Shown one piece after another: positions 40,946-54,485 of a stretch of 64,000 bases of DNA; the first letter of the stretch is position 1, and every line of letters starts with the position of its first letter. The position numbers were made by a program, and so were the translations under genes. The notes under the pieces are model-generated. The model searched no databases and was not told where the DNA came from. It saw only the letters and a program-made list of their open reading frames with translations. Source of the stretch: Haliotis rubra (taxonomy: Eukaryota); NCBI RefSeq assembly GCF_003918875.1, contig NW_025766092.1, positions 806,001 through 870,000 of the forward strand. Direction: 5' to 3'.

Positions 40946-41078
40946 CTGAAACAAAGTCAAGTAATATCATAACACAGAGCATGGACACTGAGCATTGCAT
41001 CGTCAGCCTAAAAGTTACACAGTGTGGTTACAACTGCCATATTTTCTTGAGTATATAGCACACTCATGTGTAATGTGA

Positions 41079-41329
41079 CCCGTGAAGGTCCGGGTTAGAA
41101 TGAACCTTCAGTAACCCATGCTTGTCGTAAGAGGCGACTAACGGATCGGGTGGTCAGGCTCGGTTGACACACATCATCGATTTTCACATGTCATCGGTTC
41201 CCAATTGCGCAGATCGATGCTCATGCTGTTGATTACTGGATTGTCTGGTCCAGACTCGATTATTTACAGACCGCCGCCATATAGCTCGAATATTGCTGAG
41301 TGTGGCGTAAAAGTAAACTCACTCACTCA
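41079..41329 (+). mobile_element. Full-length SINE, family B
   Basis: 13-bp TSD atgt(g/a)taatgtga places the 5' end at cccgtg. Confidence 0.93.
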
Positions 41330-41619
41330 CATGTATAATGTGAACCAACCACCCTACGCTTCTCAGTATGTTTTGATTTGAAACTATAATCTGTTATCCG
41401 TAGTGTTTAGTCGTCACAGTGAGTACTTCTTAAATAATTCCTTCTTAATTATTCCTAATTAAATAACAAACAAGTGACACCTTCAACTCAATTAGCCCTA
41501 ATTAGTTTACACAACCGTATCCCTTTGATTCATGCCGTACCGTGTGTAAACGTGTGGCGAAAAACCTCAGTTCAGAGGGATACTTACCCATGAAAGGTGG
41601 GTGAATATCAAGTTTCTTT

Positions 41620-41822
41620 GAAAATATCGAGTTAAAAAGGTAATTTTGCTTGTTGGGACCATGAAATTATATCAAGATATCCGAAATATCGAGACATCCG
41701 TATCGAGTTAAAAGAACTTGAATAATGATAAATTATGTAGGATTTTGCCGGGACCGAGATGTTATATCGAGACAACCGAGATATCGAGTTATCAGAGTTC
41801 GACACAACGGTGCTCGACTGTA
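41620..41822. mobile_element. Tc/mariner (Tigger/pogo-type) MITE end
   Basis: Repeated atatcgag motifs ending in ctcgactg-ta. Confidence 0.55.
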
Positions 41823-41928
41823 CTCTGGATCCATTCCCTGCAACAGCTTCCTCTCTGGAGTACTGTTTTACATCTCAAACTCTCCTATTACTAACACAGC
41901 ACAGAATGTCCCTCATACCTTAAAAGTC

Positions 41929-41960
<32 letters not shown>

Positions 41961-42740
41961 TGCATTTGTTAAAGCGCCTAATGTCCAACCAGTGCTGCTC
42001 AGTGGCGCTGTGCAGAGAAAGTGGAGAAACTAGTAGGTAGCTAGAAAAAAGATGAGTTTTTAGTTGGCTCCTAAATGCTTCCAGGGAAGATACTGATCTC
42101 AGTTCAACTGGCAGAGAGTTCCACAAAGCTGGTGCAGCAGCACTGAAAGCTCTGTCTGCCATGGATGTTTTTGTAGCTGTCATTTTCAGGCTGCCTCTTT
42201 TCTCAGACCTCAAGACACGATTTGGACGATAGATTTCAATGATGTCTTTGAGGTAAGCTGGTGAATGGATGTCATAGAGTGTTGAGTAGGTGATGCAAAT
42301 TATTTTGCACTGTATTCTCCTCTTTACTGGGAGCCAGTGCAACGACCTCAGCACAGGGGTGATGTGTTCCTGACATTTTGTCCTGTATATGATCCTGGCA
42401 GCTCTGTTTTGTACAAGCTGGAGATGTTGGATTGCTGCTGCTCCTGACACGAGAGAGTTACAGTAGTCTAGGCGTGAGATGATGTATGACTGAAGTAAAA
42501 GTTTGGTTGTGTCAATGCCCAAATAGCGGCGGATTTTTCCTATTCGGCGGAGATGAAAGGTTGCTGATCTTGCTGCTGTTAGGGCTTGTGATTCTGGTGA
42601 CATTGAAGAACGGAAAAACAACACCAAGATTCTTCACCTGGGGCACAGGGCAGATAGACTGATCTCCAACTGTGAGACTACACTTGCCTATTTTGCGAAG
42701 CTTCATGTGAAAGCAAGTTTGGCTGAATATCTGCATTCAA
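41929..42740 (-). mobile_element. 5'-truncated L2/CR1-group LINE: C-terminal part of ORF2, 3' UTR and (TAT)n tail
   Basis: VKNLGV, SRLDYCNSL, LHWLPVKRRI, RAFSAAAPALWNSLP motifs; microsatellite tail. Confidence 0.9.
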
Positions 42741-43918
42741 ACATCTGTGCCAGGCCTCGATATATTCAATAAAATCATACATGACCCTGGAAACATTTAA
42801 TACTGGTAGGCCAATGGTTATCTCTTTTATTGTGACCACCTGGTGTTATCACTGTTTTTCAGTGAATCGTTCATTTAACTTTCATGCTTTTTCATCTTTA
42901 ACATCATTATGGAATCTGTTTTGGAGATATTTTCTGAAGCCCTCTTTCTCAAGTGTAGATACTCTTATCATAACAAGACAGATATCTATCAAGAAATGTA
43001 TTCAGTGTAGTGGAAAGTCTGAAGGACGTTTATCAGGAAATGTATTCAGTGCAGTGGAACGTCCAAGTGATTTCCTTTTTCAAATCCTTCTGAACCAATG
43101 TATTACAACCAGTAGAATGAGTTATTTTATTCAAGTGAAGTATTGCATTTTGGATGAAAATAGTCGTTTATCACCAAGCACATAAAGATTTGTTATATTA
43201 GGAATGATATTTTGAGTACACTCAGACAAGGGACCATTTGTCTTAATGATAATCATCCCATTTTCCATTTTCAACACATGACATTCAAATGCTCATTCAC
43301 AAGTCCAGACTGCAAATAAATGCTAGCATCAGTTTCAAAAGACATTAGCCTTAATCTATTGGTTATTGTAACCTATTAGAAGGAACTATGGATTCCTGAA
43401 CTTCAGAATTGGTCTTTTGTAGCTAAGTCACCGACTGCCAGCCTGTTAATTCTGATTGCCAATTATAAAGATTGCCATGGTTACCAGACATCATTTCAGA
43501 ATATTCATCAAGTTCCAAAACAATTGGTGATGTATGTTATCATGTAAAAGGTCCTGAAGATGCTTTTTAAAATTCAAATTATTGAAATTATGTGACAAAA
43601 GATTGTTTTTATGGCTATTAGTATTTCTTGTTCCTTCCATGATGGAGCCAAGAGGTTTCATGCACTGTTGACATTGTGGTAGCACCAAGATTCATTTTAT
43701 TGTATTACAGAATGAAGCTGGAAGACTGTTGGTTGGTGTTTTATGCCGCACTCAGCAATATTCCAGCTATGTGGCGGCAGTCTGTAACCAGACAATCCAG
43801 TGGTCAACAGCATGACCATCGATCTACACAACTGGAAAACGATGACATGTGTCAACCAAGTCAGCGTGTCTGACCGCCCTATCCCATTAGTCGCCTCTTA
43901 CGACAAGCATTGGCTACT

Positions 43919-44580
43919 ATAAGGGTAATGCTATTTTTTAGGGCATTATCATTTGCAGAAGCCTGAGGTCATCCATTAACTGCCCGACGAAGGAGGGCAG
44001 TTGAAAAAGACCGAGGGCTTCTGCAAATGATAATGCCCTCAAATATAGCATTACCGTTATTATTGCTAAAATACATGGACTTTGTGTTGAAAAGAAAAAG
44101 GAAACAATGAAGGAATTTGACTGTAAATTTACTCAAAACCAACTTCTGACGGGGTTGACTACCCGAATGCAATTACGTCATCGAACAATTCAAGTGACGT
44201 CACAACAGAAGGTGATGATATTCGACCTTGGCTTTTGACAAGACCATAGCCTGCAACATGTCAAACTATGTCAGTATTCGGTTTTGGTCCAACAACAATG
44301 TTAATATTGCAATTGTTAAGGTCAGCACCAACAAGAAAGCCAATATTACAGCTATTTAAAGCAGGAATTCGGGTTGCTTTGACATGTTTGACCCACAATA
44401 TCTGCCTGTCCAAAGGCAATGTCGAATAAGCCGACGCACCCATTAAGACGTCAACTTGACAACAGAACTGATAGTGGCCCGTCGTTAAGGTTGAGCGGTC
44501 CAATATCATTTGCAGAAGCCCGCAAATTTCTGATAATGGGAGGGCTGTTTCATGATAATTCCAAGTATTTTAGCTATAAT
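43919..44580. mobile_element. Non-autonomous element with a long terminal hairpin (Crypton/Helentron-like; class uncertain)
   Basis: ~140-nt fold-back at 43921-44060; gctaaaatac / gtattttagc inverted pair. Confidence 0.65.
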
Positions 44581-44599
44581 GAAGACTAATTCTAACCTG

Positions 44600-44717
44600 G
44601 GCCCTTATTCTCGAAACATTCGTAGCCCTAAGGATTCTTAACTTTGATAGTAGCCAATGTGTTAAGGATGGGCTTAAGAAGTTTGTAGGGCTACAAACGT
44701 TTCGAGAAAAGCTAGCC
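44600..44717. mobile_element. Short palindromic MITE
   Basis: ttctcgaaacattcgtagccct / agggctacaaacgtttcgagaa arms. Confidence 0.8.
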
Positions 44718-45179
44718 TGGATCTTCACTGGTCGAAGCTGGAAGATAACTATTTATATAGGAAAGGTTTCAAATAAATCTCGTATTTTCTGTTTCAGACA
44801 AAGGTGGTGTCATGTGATAATTGATTCTCTTTTGTTCACACATTTTTTGGTGGTTGATGGGGATGGAGGGTGGATATTTTTGTAAGTATGCTATGACAAG
44901 GGTACATGGGTGTCGTGCCAGAAAGGCTAAAATTTATTTTTCAGATGTCCTGGGAAGGCTAAAATGTATATTTCGGATTTCCCGGGAGAGCTAATTCCAA
45001 GGGAGTAGGGGAGGACTGCCAAAGCTAAAGATACGGTGCCGGGAAGCATAATCCATGTCGGGAGTAGATAGATTTCTTTTCAAAACATTGTTATAGTAGA
45101 GTGTTTATCTTCTTCGCTTGTTTAGAACTTTAAGATGAAAGTAATTTCAGGGGAATCACCATAAACAGCTGCTTTTCAA

Positions 45180-46190
45180 AACTCTTTACTTCGGTATTAA
45201 CTGCGAGACTTGTTTCATGGTGTGAAAAATACAACATCATCTCTGATGCTCACTTTGCTTTCAAATCTGGTGGGCATCAGAGGTAGACTATGGAAAATTA
45301 TCGTGTCTGTGTATGACACTGTGAAATCATGTGTTAAACACAATTTGGCTTCTTTCTATGTATCTCTTCTTCTTTCTTATTAAACAAGGGGGAGTAATGT
45401 CACCGATTCTTTTCTCCCTATACATGAAGATATTGAAGTAGCACTACAGGAAAATATCGACGCGGGATTGCTGCTTGACTATATTAACCTTTTTATACTA
45501 CTATTAGCTGACGATATGGTGCTCATATCCGAATCACCTGGAGGTTTACAGCTATCACTTAATACGCTCACCAATTATTGCACAGACCGGAGCCTTAACG
45601 TTAATGTAGACAAAAGTAAAATTATGCTTTTTCGTAAAGGAGGGAAGATTCGACCGGAGGAAATATAGTGCTTTGACCAGAGGAAATATAGTGCTTTCCT
45701 ACACAGGCTCCTTTACACAAGCTAATAGAACTCTAGCAGGCAAAGGTCTTAAAGCTATGAATGCTTTACTTAAAAAATGTCAGTTGTTACAACTTTTCAT
45801 TGAAAACCTTGTGTCTACTTTTCAACACTTTTGTTACCTCTACTATGATGTATGGTGAAGTGGGGTATTGTGAAATGTTCTGAATTTGGAAGAATTCAAA
45901 TTTTGCAGACGTATTTGCACATTAATGCCAAATCATCTACAGATATTTATCTATGAGGCAAACTTGGGAGGTACCCTTTATATATAAATAGGAATGTCAG
46001 TGTCTTACATTATTGGTTTAAGTTATTCCACAGTGAAAACTGTATACAGTAGGCCGTTTATGTTTAAATGGTCTAAATAATTGTTATAAATGATGGTTAC
46101 ATAGTGTTAAAATGTTTTTGTATGAACATGTTTGGGCATGTTTGGGAATTTCCAATTGTATGTTTGATAATCCTGTTTTCTTTGTAATTC
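45180..46190 (+). pseudogene. Degraded LINE reverse transcriptase fragment (RTEX-like)
   Basis: KQG..SPILFSLY, LADDMVL, NVDKSKIMLFRKGG and LGRYPL motifs across frameshifts. Confidence 0.8.
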
Positions 46191-46359
46191 GTCAGAGCCT
46201 CCGAGTGAAGCGCACCGTGTTTATTCAGCCATAACATTGCATTGCAAGTACCGGGAAGGCTATGCTCATTGAATCGATCAAAGCGTCGATTTTAGCAGCC
46301 CATGAATCGGTAATCAGTGTACATGAAGTTTATTGACATTGCGTGCTGTATATTGTTAA

Positions 46360-46644
46360 GGGACCATTCATAATTTATGGCTAGGGGGATGAAGACGATT
46401 TTAAGGGTGTGGTGGTACATGTATCACCCATTTTGTTCTGGAGTGGTAGGGGTCAGCATACATAAAATATTAAAACATTATGTATGGGTGGGGGTTTCAT
46501 TCCTTCTTTTATATTGATTTTGTACATGACATGCAGGGGTTGCGTGTATTATTAGGGGGTAAATTTTAGGGGGTCATTCACATTGTATGGGCTTCTCCAT
46601 AAAAATCATCATCTACTCCCTAGCCATTAATTATGAACGATCCC
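46360..46644. mobile_element. MITE flanked by TTAA
   Basis: Terminal inverted repeats gggaccattcataatt / aattatgaacgatccc; ttaa on both sides. Confidence 0.85.
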
Positions 46645-46973
46645 TTAAATGAACGAACGAAATATGCCACAGTTTCTCAGTTAGATGGCAAACCATGTGG
46701 GTGTTTATGTTTCTGTCATTGGATGATTGATTTTCTTTCGTCTTATTTTTTTGTGTGGATGTTTTTTTGTCATCATAACACAATAACAGTCAAAGTTTTA
46801 TCCATATGTCACATACTGCCATTTGTTGCTTGGTTTAACAAAATATGTCACTGTCTTCAGTTAGATAGCAAACTTTGTGAGTGTTTACGCTGCCCTTTAG
46901 GAGTCTCTCAAGCCCCAACCATCAAGGAAGAATTCCAACTGCACAATATGTTCATCAATACTAGACCACCTAC

Positions 46974-47010
46974 CTTGAGCAGCGATGTACTCCTTTGTCA
47001 GGTAATAGCC
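46974..47010 (-). CDS. RPTP D1 exon: GYYLTKEYIAAQ(G)
   Basis: 37-nt exon with the YIAxQG motif; ccag/gtagg; phase fits neighbouring exons. Confidence 0.92.
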
Positions 47011-47576
47011 CTGGGAACATGAAAGGACAGAGTTAGTTGTGCTTCAAGAACGTCATCTCACATTTCAAGCTCTTCCAGTAAATAACAATTTTTTTGTCTT
47101 TTGCAACAATGCGGCAGGTTCTGACACAGTCCAGAACAATGCTTGTCAATCAAGTGTACTGTCAAATATTGTGAAAGAACACAACCTCATTATTGTAGTT
47201 CATTTCGGTTACGTATGCTCTGTCAAATACAAAAATATGCCAAAGGCATCGATAAGTTAAATTTGTTGACAATGTTGACAACATTTATCAGGCCAATGTC
47301 ATGCTGACTTGATTTTTTTTTTTACACTGTCACATGGATGAGGACAATTATAAACAATGAAAAGTGCAAGAATGAAGTTGATGGAACAAGCTCTGCGAAA
47401 CATGCCTGACCACAACCCAAGTATATACAATACATGACAAGTAACAGCCAATGTGGCAATGTTGGGGTAAAATGATTCATTTTAGCTGCAAGTGAAATGC
47501 AGTCTTGGAAGTAGAATATGCAATGTGTTTTTCCAACCTTCATCTGTTATTATCTGCATGATCACTTAGAGCATGA

Positions 47577-47731
47577 ATGAGTGAGTGAGTTTGGTTTTAC
47601 GCCACTTTTAGCAATATTGCAGCAATATCATGTCCGGGGACACCAGAATGGACTATACACGTTGTACCCATGGGGGAATCAAACCTGGGTCTTCAGTGTG
47701 ATGAGCAAATGCTTTAACCACTTGACCACCC
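47577..47731 (-). mobile_element. tRNA-derived SINE, family A (diverged)
   Basis: Reverse-complement match. Confidence 0.85.
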
Positions 47732-49624
47732 AAACACACTTGAAGCATGAAGCTGAGTATATGTTGGTAATATTTCAACAGCAACATTGCCTTATGTGTT
47801 TGGACCTCAAACAGGCACACATGTTCAACAGCATATTAACTATGACCTGAGCAATGAAACAAAAATATACGCCACAAATATAAAATATTGTTCAACTGAT
47901 GAAAAAACCTTACAGCTTGTATTCATTCTTTGTTATTTGATCACCTGGGTCTCATTTCACATAATGTTCTCAGAGCCATGACAGCCGTAAGGGAATATGG
48001 TAGTTACAATCATCACAGCACTGATGGGTTCATGTGTGTGATACCACAACAGACAATACTACCCAGGAGACCATTTTGAGATGCCATGATTGGTTAGGTT
48101 CCTAGTATCCCACACTTATTGTCAGTGGCCACTAATGAGAATTGGGTGATTCAGAATGTGACATGGCTGATGGCGCAGTATTGTGTCTGGATGACACAGA
48201 TCTTTGGCCATGTCAACAAACATGAGGCTGAAGCAAACATATAACGTTGGAGAATAATCAGACTGGATTATCTCCTCTGGTTCCAGTGGACATAAAAGGC
48301 ACAATGGTGGTGAAAAGTATATGAATGGACCTCTAACATTGTATTGTTTAACACCCTTGATGCCAGAGGGATATATATGTCCCTTCTTTTACACCTTAGC
48401 TTTGAAGTCAAATATAATTCAACACACATCACAAATACATTTAAAAGTTTATATTCTGCAAGAAATTTTCTGAATCTTGATATCATCCAGTGTCATTTTA
48501 GTCAAAGCAAAATTGCTGAAAATGACCTCTGAAAAGTAGGTAGCTCGTAAAGGTCGCCACTTTTTACACATTATGAAATCGCCATTCACAGAGTTATTTG
48601 TGGGTTGTTTTGAAATGTAAATATCAGTTATGTACAAACACTATTACTAAGTTCAATGATAATTTTAGAATGTTGCTGATGGAAAACACACAAACACAGT
48701 CACCAAAGTCAGAATTCCACCATAGTGGATAGTGTCTTCTCGTAGGCTGGTTCTTATTACATCACATATATTCCACCCTCATCTGGGACAGTTACGTCAT
48801 TGAACCCCTCATACAGTTTAGGATCACATAATGGTGCTTGTAACAAATAGCAAGAAGAAGAAATCAAGAAAATAATGTAGGTGTGAAAACAACTGCTGTG
48901 CTTGTTTAAAATGTAAGCAAACAAATATTGAATGAAGCATTGTGAGAGAGATTCATTCATCTATTAGTTGCATACACTGGATCAATACTGTTAGAATATG
49001 TATAGAAAGAGAACTGTAGCGAGCATCAGGAAGTTAAAAATATATACTGTCACAAAATCATGTACAGTGACAACAGCAATTATCAGCATTTCTCACTATT
49101 TCTCTTACCCGGTAGTTACAATGAAATAATGAACACAAATAACAATTATTTACATAAAAACTTTATGTACAAAACAATCCCGAATCAAGGAGAGGTCCCT
49201 CACAAAATCATGAGTACCAATTCCAGTGTACTAATCATTTTGGAAAAGATCAGTCCCCATTTAGTGATGTCATCAACATTGTTGTATAGGTAATTTCTTT
49301 GCGGTGAAGTTCTTTTGATTAGGAGTTAACACCACAATCCTGTCCTCCTGCTTATGGTTTAAAAATTTTGATGGATTATTTTGAATAGCTTATACATTTC
49401 AATTGCCTACATTTGCCGAGTTCAATATCATATCATACATGGATGATGGCTATGAGTTATTTTTATCTTTTAAAAGTTTTCGTTTGTTTGAACCATATTT
49501 ACATAAGAAATTGACTCATTTATCATAGTACATCATATTTCAACCTTTTTATAAGTGCAAAAAGAAGAAGAAAGTAGGCATAACTGCAACATGTGTGTAG
49601 TTGATGTGTCATATTCAATATTGC

Positions 49625-50310
49625 TACTTTATTACCCACATGGTCAACGTATGGGTAGTTGCATACTAATTCTAACGGTTTGATTGGATAACCGATGACC
49701 TCTCAATTAGGCCATGTTGTGACGGAACTACTTGTTCATTCATAACAAACACGTGAATTCATTCATTCTACAACTTAGATGCATTGTGGGAATGTAAACA
49801 TTGCGAACGTTGCCATATCGCTGTTTAATTGAGAGTCGAACTGAGACATTATAGTCGAAAAACATAAACGCAATGTTTCCACCAGTGATGTCAGCCGAGT
49901 TAAGCAACTGCAAACCAAGAAAAGGGGTGCTATACGAGGCGATGACAACTGACATGCATCTTGACGTCGGTTACCAATGGAGTTGACGAGAATGACGTAA
50001 TGACGTCAATACAGTGTGACGTCATGCAAAAGTGAACTACAGAACAACATTCTTCCGCAACCTCTTTATGAAATCGGTTTCGGTTTGAAACCATAACAAT
50101 AACAAAAATACGCTATTTTGTCAATTTAATGCATGTAAGACGTGGGTAATAAATAAAATACCACACTCAGTCTCATAACATTCGAATTATACGAAACTCA
50201 TGACCTTCCTATGGTTTCTGACCTCGCTTTTCGCTCGGTCAGATAACATAGGAAGAACACTCATTTCATATAATTCGTATGCAATGAGACCTCGTGTAGT
50301 TGTCTCTATT
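49625..50310. mobile_element. Second long-hairpin non-autonomous element
   Basis: ttattacccac / gtgggtaataa inverted pair; ~140-nt fold-back at 50160-50300. Confidence 0.6.
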
Positions 50311-52044
50311 TAGTTAAACAGGTGACTTAACAGCAATTACAATTAATCTTGTAAGTAAAACAGAAGAAAGTGAATCATGTTTTTATTTGTTCACATATAG
50401 GGGATATTTCATGTGTCTAGTGAAATATGATGTACCTGTTATTGAGTGACATGAAAACATAAATATTCGTGAAAATATCATGCTTTTCACAACTCTTGAT
50501 GACAGATACATGAACTATTCTCTTCATTATATGCTTCCCATTTGGTTTAATCAAAGTTAAACATTATTTATAAGAGAAAATTTCATTAACAAGATCTGAA
50601 CACACTGACTCAGTGTGGGTGCATAGACTGACTCACAAAAACGTTATACATGTATTGTGATGATAGAATATAAAATGTTAACTATATTTCTACAAGAATT
50701 GAATACAAAAATATAAACCATGGCAAATTGTAGAGCATTATTGTGATAGGAGCAATATTTCATTATATGATCATGAAGAGAACTGTCCAAAACAAGGTAA
50801 AGTCATATTCTGATATATGCTTTGAAATAATCATTTTGATATATATATTACTCATGTTGAATATGTGCATGTTTTGTCCATATTAACTATCTAACTGTTT
50901 ATCTTTTCAGGACATTATTCAGTTGGTAAAACCAGTCATTTTATGTTCTGTCAAAAGAGTGTCAAAATTTGACTGGCAAACCAAGATTGTTCATATTTTG
51001 CATGGAAAAATATACTTAATCAACATGCCAATATCGTCTTTCTCTGACGTTGCAAAATGCATAAAAAAAGCAATGACGTCAATTAAAATGGTGTGATATT
51101 TTCTGTAAATTCATTAAATTTGAAGATAAGATAGGTACTCTGCTAATAATGCTGCAGCATTATTCATAATGCATCTACTAAAACAGGAGAATATCAGAAT
51201 CGAAGAGCTAAATTATATATTAGATAGGGCCATCCATTTTGCTATTACCAGTGCCTCTTTTGTGATTTTGTATCATTTCATCACTTGTGATACTACAAAA
51301 ATGTATCTGGTTACAATGTGGACCACTATACAAGAATAGTTTGGTTTACCAAAAACAAAACATTGCAAAAAATAGTGTCCTCATCCACAGCCAATTGAAA
51401 TGACCTTGTGTTAAGCATACTGGAGTTATGCGCCCTTATCTTTATGCATGTTCATTTGACGCCATTGAGGAGTTTTCATCATTTATGGCAAACCCTTTTT
51501 ATACTGGATGTGTAATGTCACACATAAGCATACAAGTCTATTTGATTTATTGTTGTGTCGTTCAGATATCAGGCAGTATTTTGTTTGCTCCCACTTTCCC
51601 TAAAGATGCCAAAAAATAAACTTCACAAACAGTGCCTTTTATGGTGTACAATAAAAAGTGGAGAAATTTACTGTTTTTAACAAAAAATCGGAAAACATTT
51701 AATAGTGTTTACTTTTCAAGTAAGTATATTTACTTGAATTTACACAATCAGATTTCATATTCTATAAAGCTGTGCAATTTTATATACGAAGGTAGATCAA
51801 ACACAATTCTTGCACAATTTTCACTTTTCAAATGTTATGAAAATGTGAGTCAGTAAAAAGCTTGGCAACCAGGGGGTCATAAATGACATAAAAATATTTC
51901 TTATATCTTATTCCTTGTCATGGAGAGCTTGAGATTTATTCTTCACTGATTGAGACTCCATATCTTCTACTTTACAAAGTGCATCATGAAGTCATAATAC
52001 AGGTGTGTGTTAGTATTAATACCTCACTGTTTCACTCATTCCAG

Positions 52045-52892
52045 TTCACTGTAAATATCATGACACTGTGATTCACTGATGTCATGACACTATGATTGAA
52101 GGACATCATGACACTGTCATTCACTGACATCATGACATTGTCATTCACTGACATCATGACACTGTGATTCACTGACATCATGACACTGTGATTCACTGAC
52201 ATCATGACACTGTCATTCACTGACATGACACCGTGATTGACTGACATCATGACACCGTGACATTCACTGACATCATGACACTGTCATTCACTGACATCAT
52301 GACACTGTCATTCACTGACATCATGACACTGTGATTCACTGACATCATGACACTGTCATTCACTGACATCATGACACTGTCATTCACTGACATCATGACA
52401 CTGTCATTCACTGACATCATTCACACATGACACTGTGATTCACTGACATCATGACACCATGATTCACTGACATCATGACACTGACACTGTCATTCACTGA
52501 CATCATGACACTGATATCCTGTGACACATCATTGACTGACATCATGACACTGTCATTCACTGACATCATGACACTGTCATTCACTGACATCATGACACCG
52601 ATGATTCACTGACATCATGACACTGTGATTCACTGACATCATGACACCGTCATTCACTGACATCATGACACCGTGATTCACTGACATCATGACACCGTCA
52701 TTCACTGACACTGACATCATGACACATGATACCGTCATTCACTGACATCATGACACCGTGTCATTCACGACATCATGACACTGTCATTCACTGAGATTCA
52801 CTGACATCATGACACCGTGATTCACTGACATCATGACACCGTGATTCACTGATATCATCACACCGTGATTCACTGATGTCATGACACTGTGA
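52045..52892. repeat. 24-bp minisatellite (gacatcatgacactgtcattcact)n
   Basis: Visible array. Confidence 0.97.
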
Positions 52893-54485
52893 ACTGAAGC
52901 ACATATAAAGGCTTATGGGGTTGTAACATTAATATCCCATGAGAAATATTATTTTCAGGGTAAGATAGTTTCAGACAATACAAATCAATACACATTGATT
53001 GGAATGTGAAGAGAATCTATATCTATCAATACGATACAAGATAAGATCAAATGCATTGAGACATTAATTGATTATCAAGGGATTGATTTTCCTTCATGCT
53101 TGTTTACAGAGATGAAAAATTAATGTGTCAACATTTGTATGAAATGACTTGGAAACATGTTATGCGACTTATTTTGTTATTTCATCCAGTAGGTGAGTGT
53201 CATTATCGACTTGGAATATGCCTCAATATGTGTGACAGTATGTCGTCTCAATGTAAAAACATGGCCACCACTGGCATCAGCACAGCACAAACAGTATAGT
53301 CCTATTTAGCTGCAGGATTAATTGGCTGTTGCATCACATGTTCCTGACCTTGATAATCTAGACAATATAATTATATCTTTGCATAAACAAGTTCTAAAGA
53401 GAAGAGCATTTTGATTGGTTATATATATATATAGGTCATATATATAGTTATACCGATAACAAAATTGGGAATATCATTATCTATATCAGGTATTTCCAAA
53501 ATACGAAAAAATCAATAATGGTGAAGCTGGGTCATATATAATATATTCCATAGATTTTCAGTTTCAAGTACTTTCAGCTATGGCTGGATGATCAGTAAGA
53601 AGAAAGAATAATTAATAAGAGTTGCTATATCCTTAGAAGATCGTTATTCACAGATTTATTAAAACTGTTATATTACAGACTGTAATTCAACATTTTATGA
53701 ACATTCATTGATCTTTTCATCAAAACAATCTGTCCATGTAGAATCAGCCAGTTGTATTGGAAAGGTCCGTACTTATAAAGGATTACTTTAGAATTTATTT
53801 AGCAGCCAGAATCACTATCCAAGTCGCTAATGCTTCATAAAAACTGTGCACCCTGCACGGACCTGAAAGATGCAGCAGGTAACTTAAGATGTTGCCCATT
53901 AGCAAAATGTACGAAACTCTCCTACGAGTGATATGGTTGACTAGTTGAGTTGTGTGGCAATAGACGTATAGGTAATATATCATAGACTTCCTGTTCACTT
54001 CATGCAACAGTCTTGTAAACAGGATATTGGATAGCAGCATGATTGCAGTACAACATCGGCCATCAGGGATTAGTCCCAGTCTGCTATGAAATATCACCAC
54101 TCACACACCGCTAACATGCTTTATGAAATCCGAGATGAATTTGTCCAAAAACATACAAGATTGATTTTCTGCTCTGTCGATAATGAGAATTTGATTCCTG
54201 CTCTATTTTTACAAATATTTAGGAAAATAAACAATCATTTGATCCTGTAAGTGATACGTCTGTGCGTTCACGTGCCTTTTATTTCAACGAGTTACCTAGT
54301 TTCTCAAAGGAATTCCAACACACGCTACGGAAACGTGAATAAAAGGGCTATTAAAAAGCAGGGTGCAGTTTCAAACAACATTAGGTTTTACATGCAAAGT
54401 GTTCCAGCAACAAAGTATCTCAAATGACAATTGCAAATTGTGGAATCTGTATTTTTAATAAATCAGAAAAGGCTGTTATACTCAC

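Larger units (their letters stand above)
43726..44733 (-). mobile_element. Family-B SINE split by two nested insertions
   Basis: 12-bp TSD gaagctggaaga at 43714-43725 and 44734-44745; SINE head resumes at 44581-44600 and 44718-44733. Confidence 0.88.
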
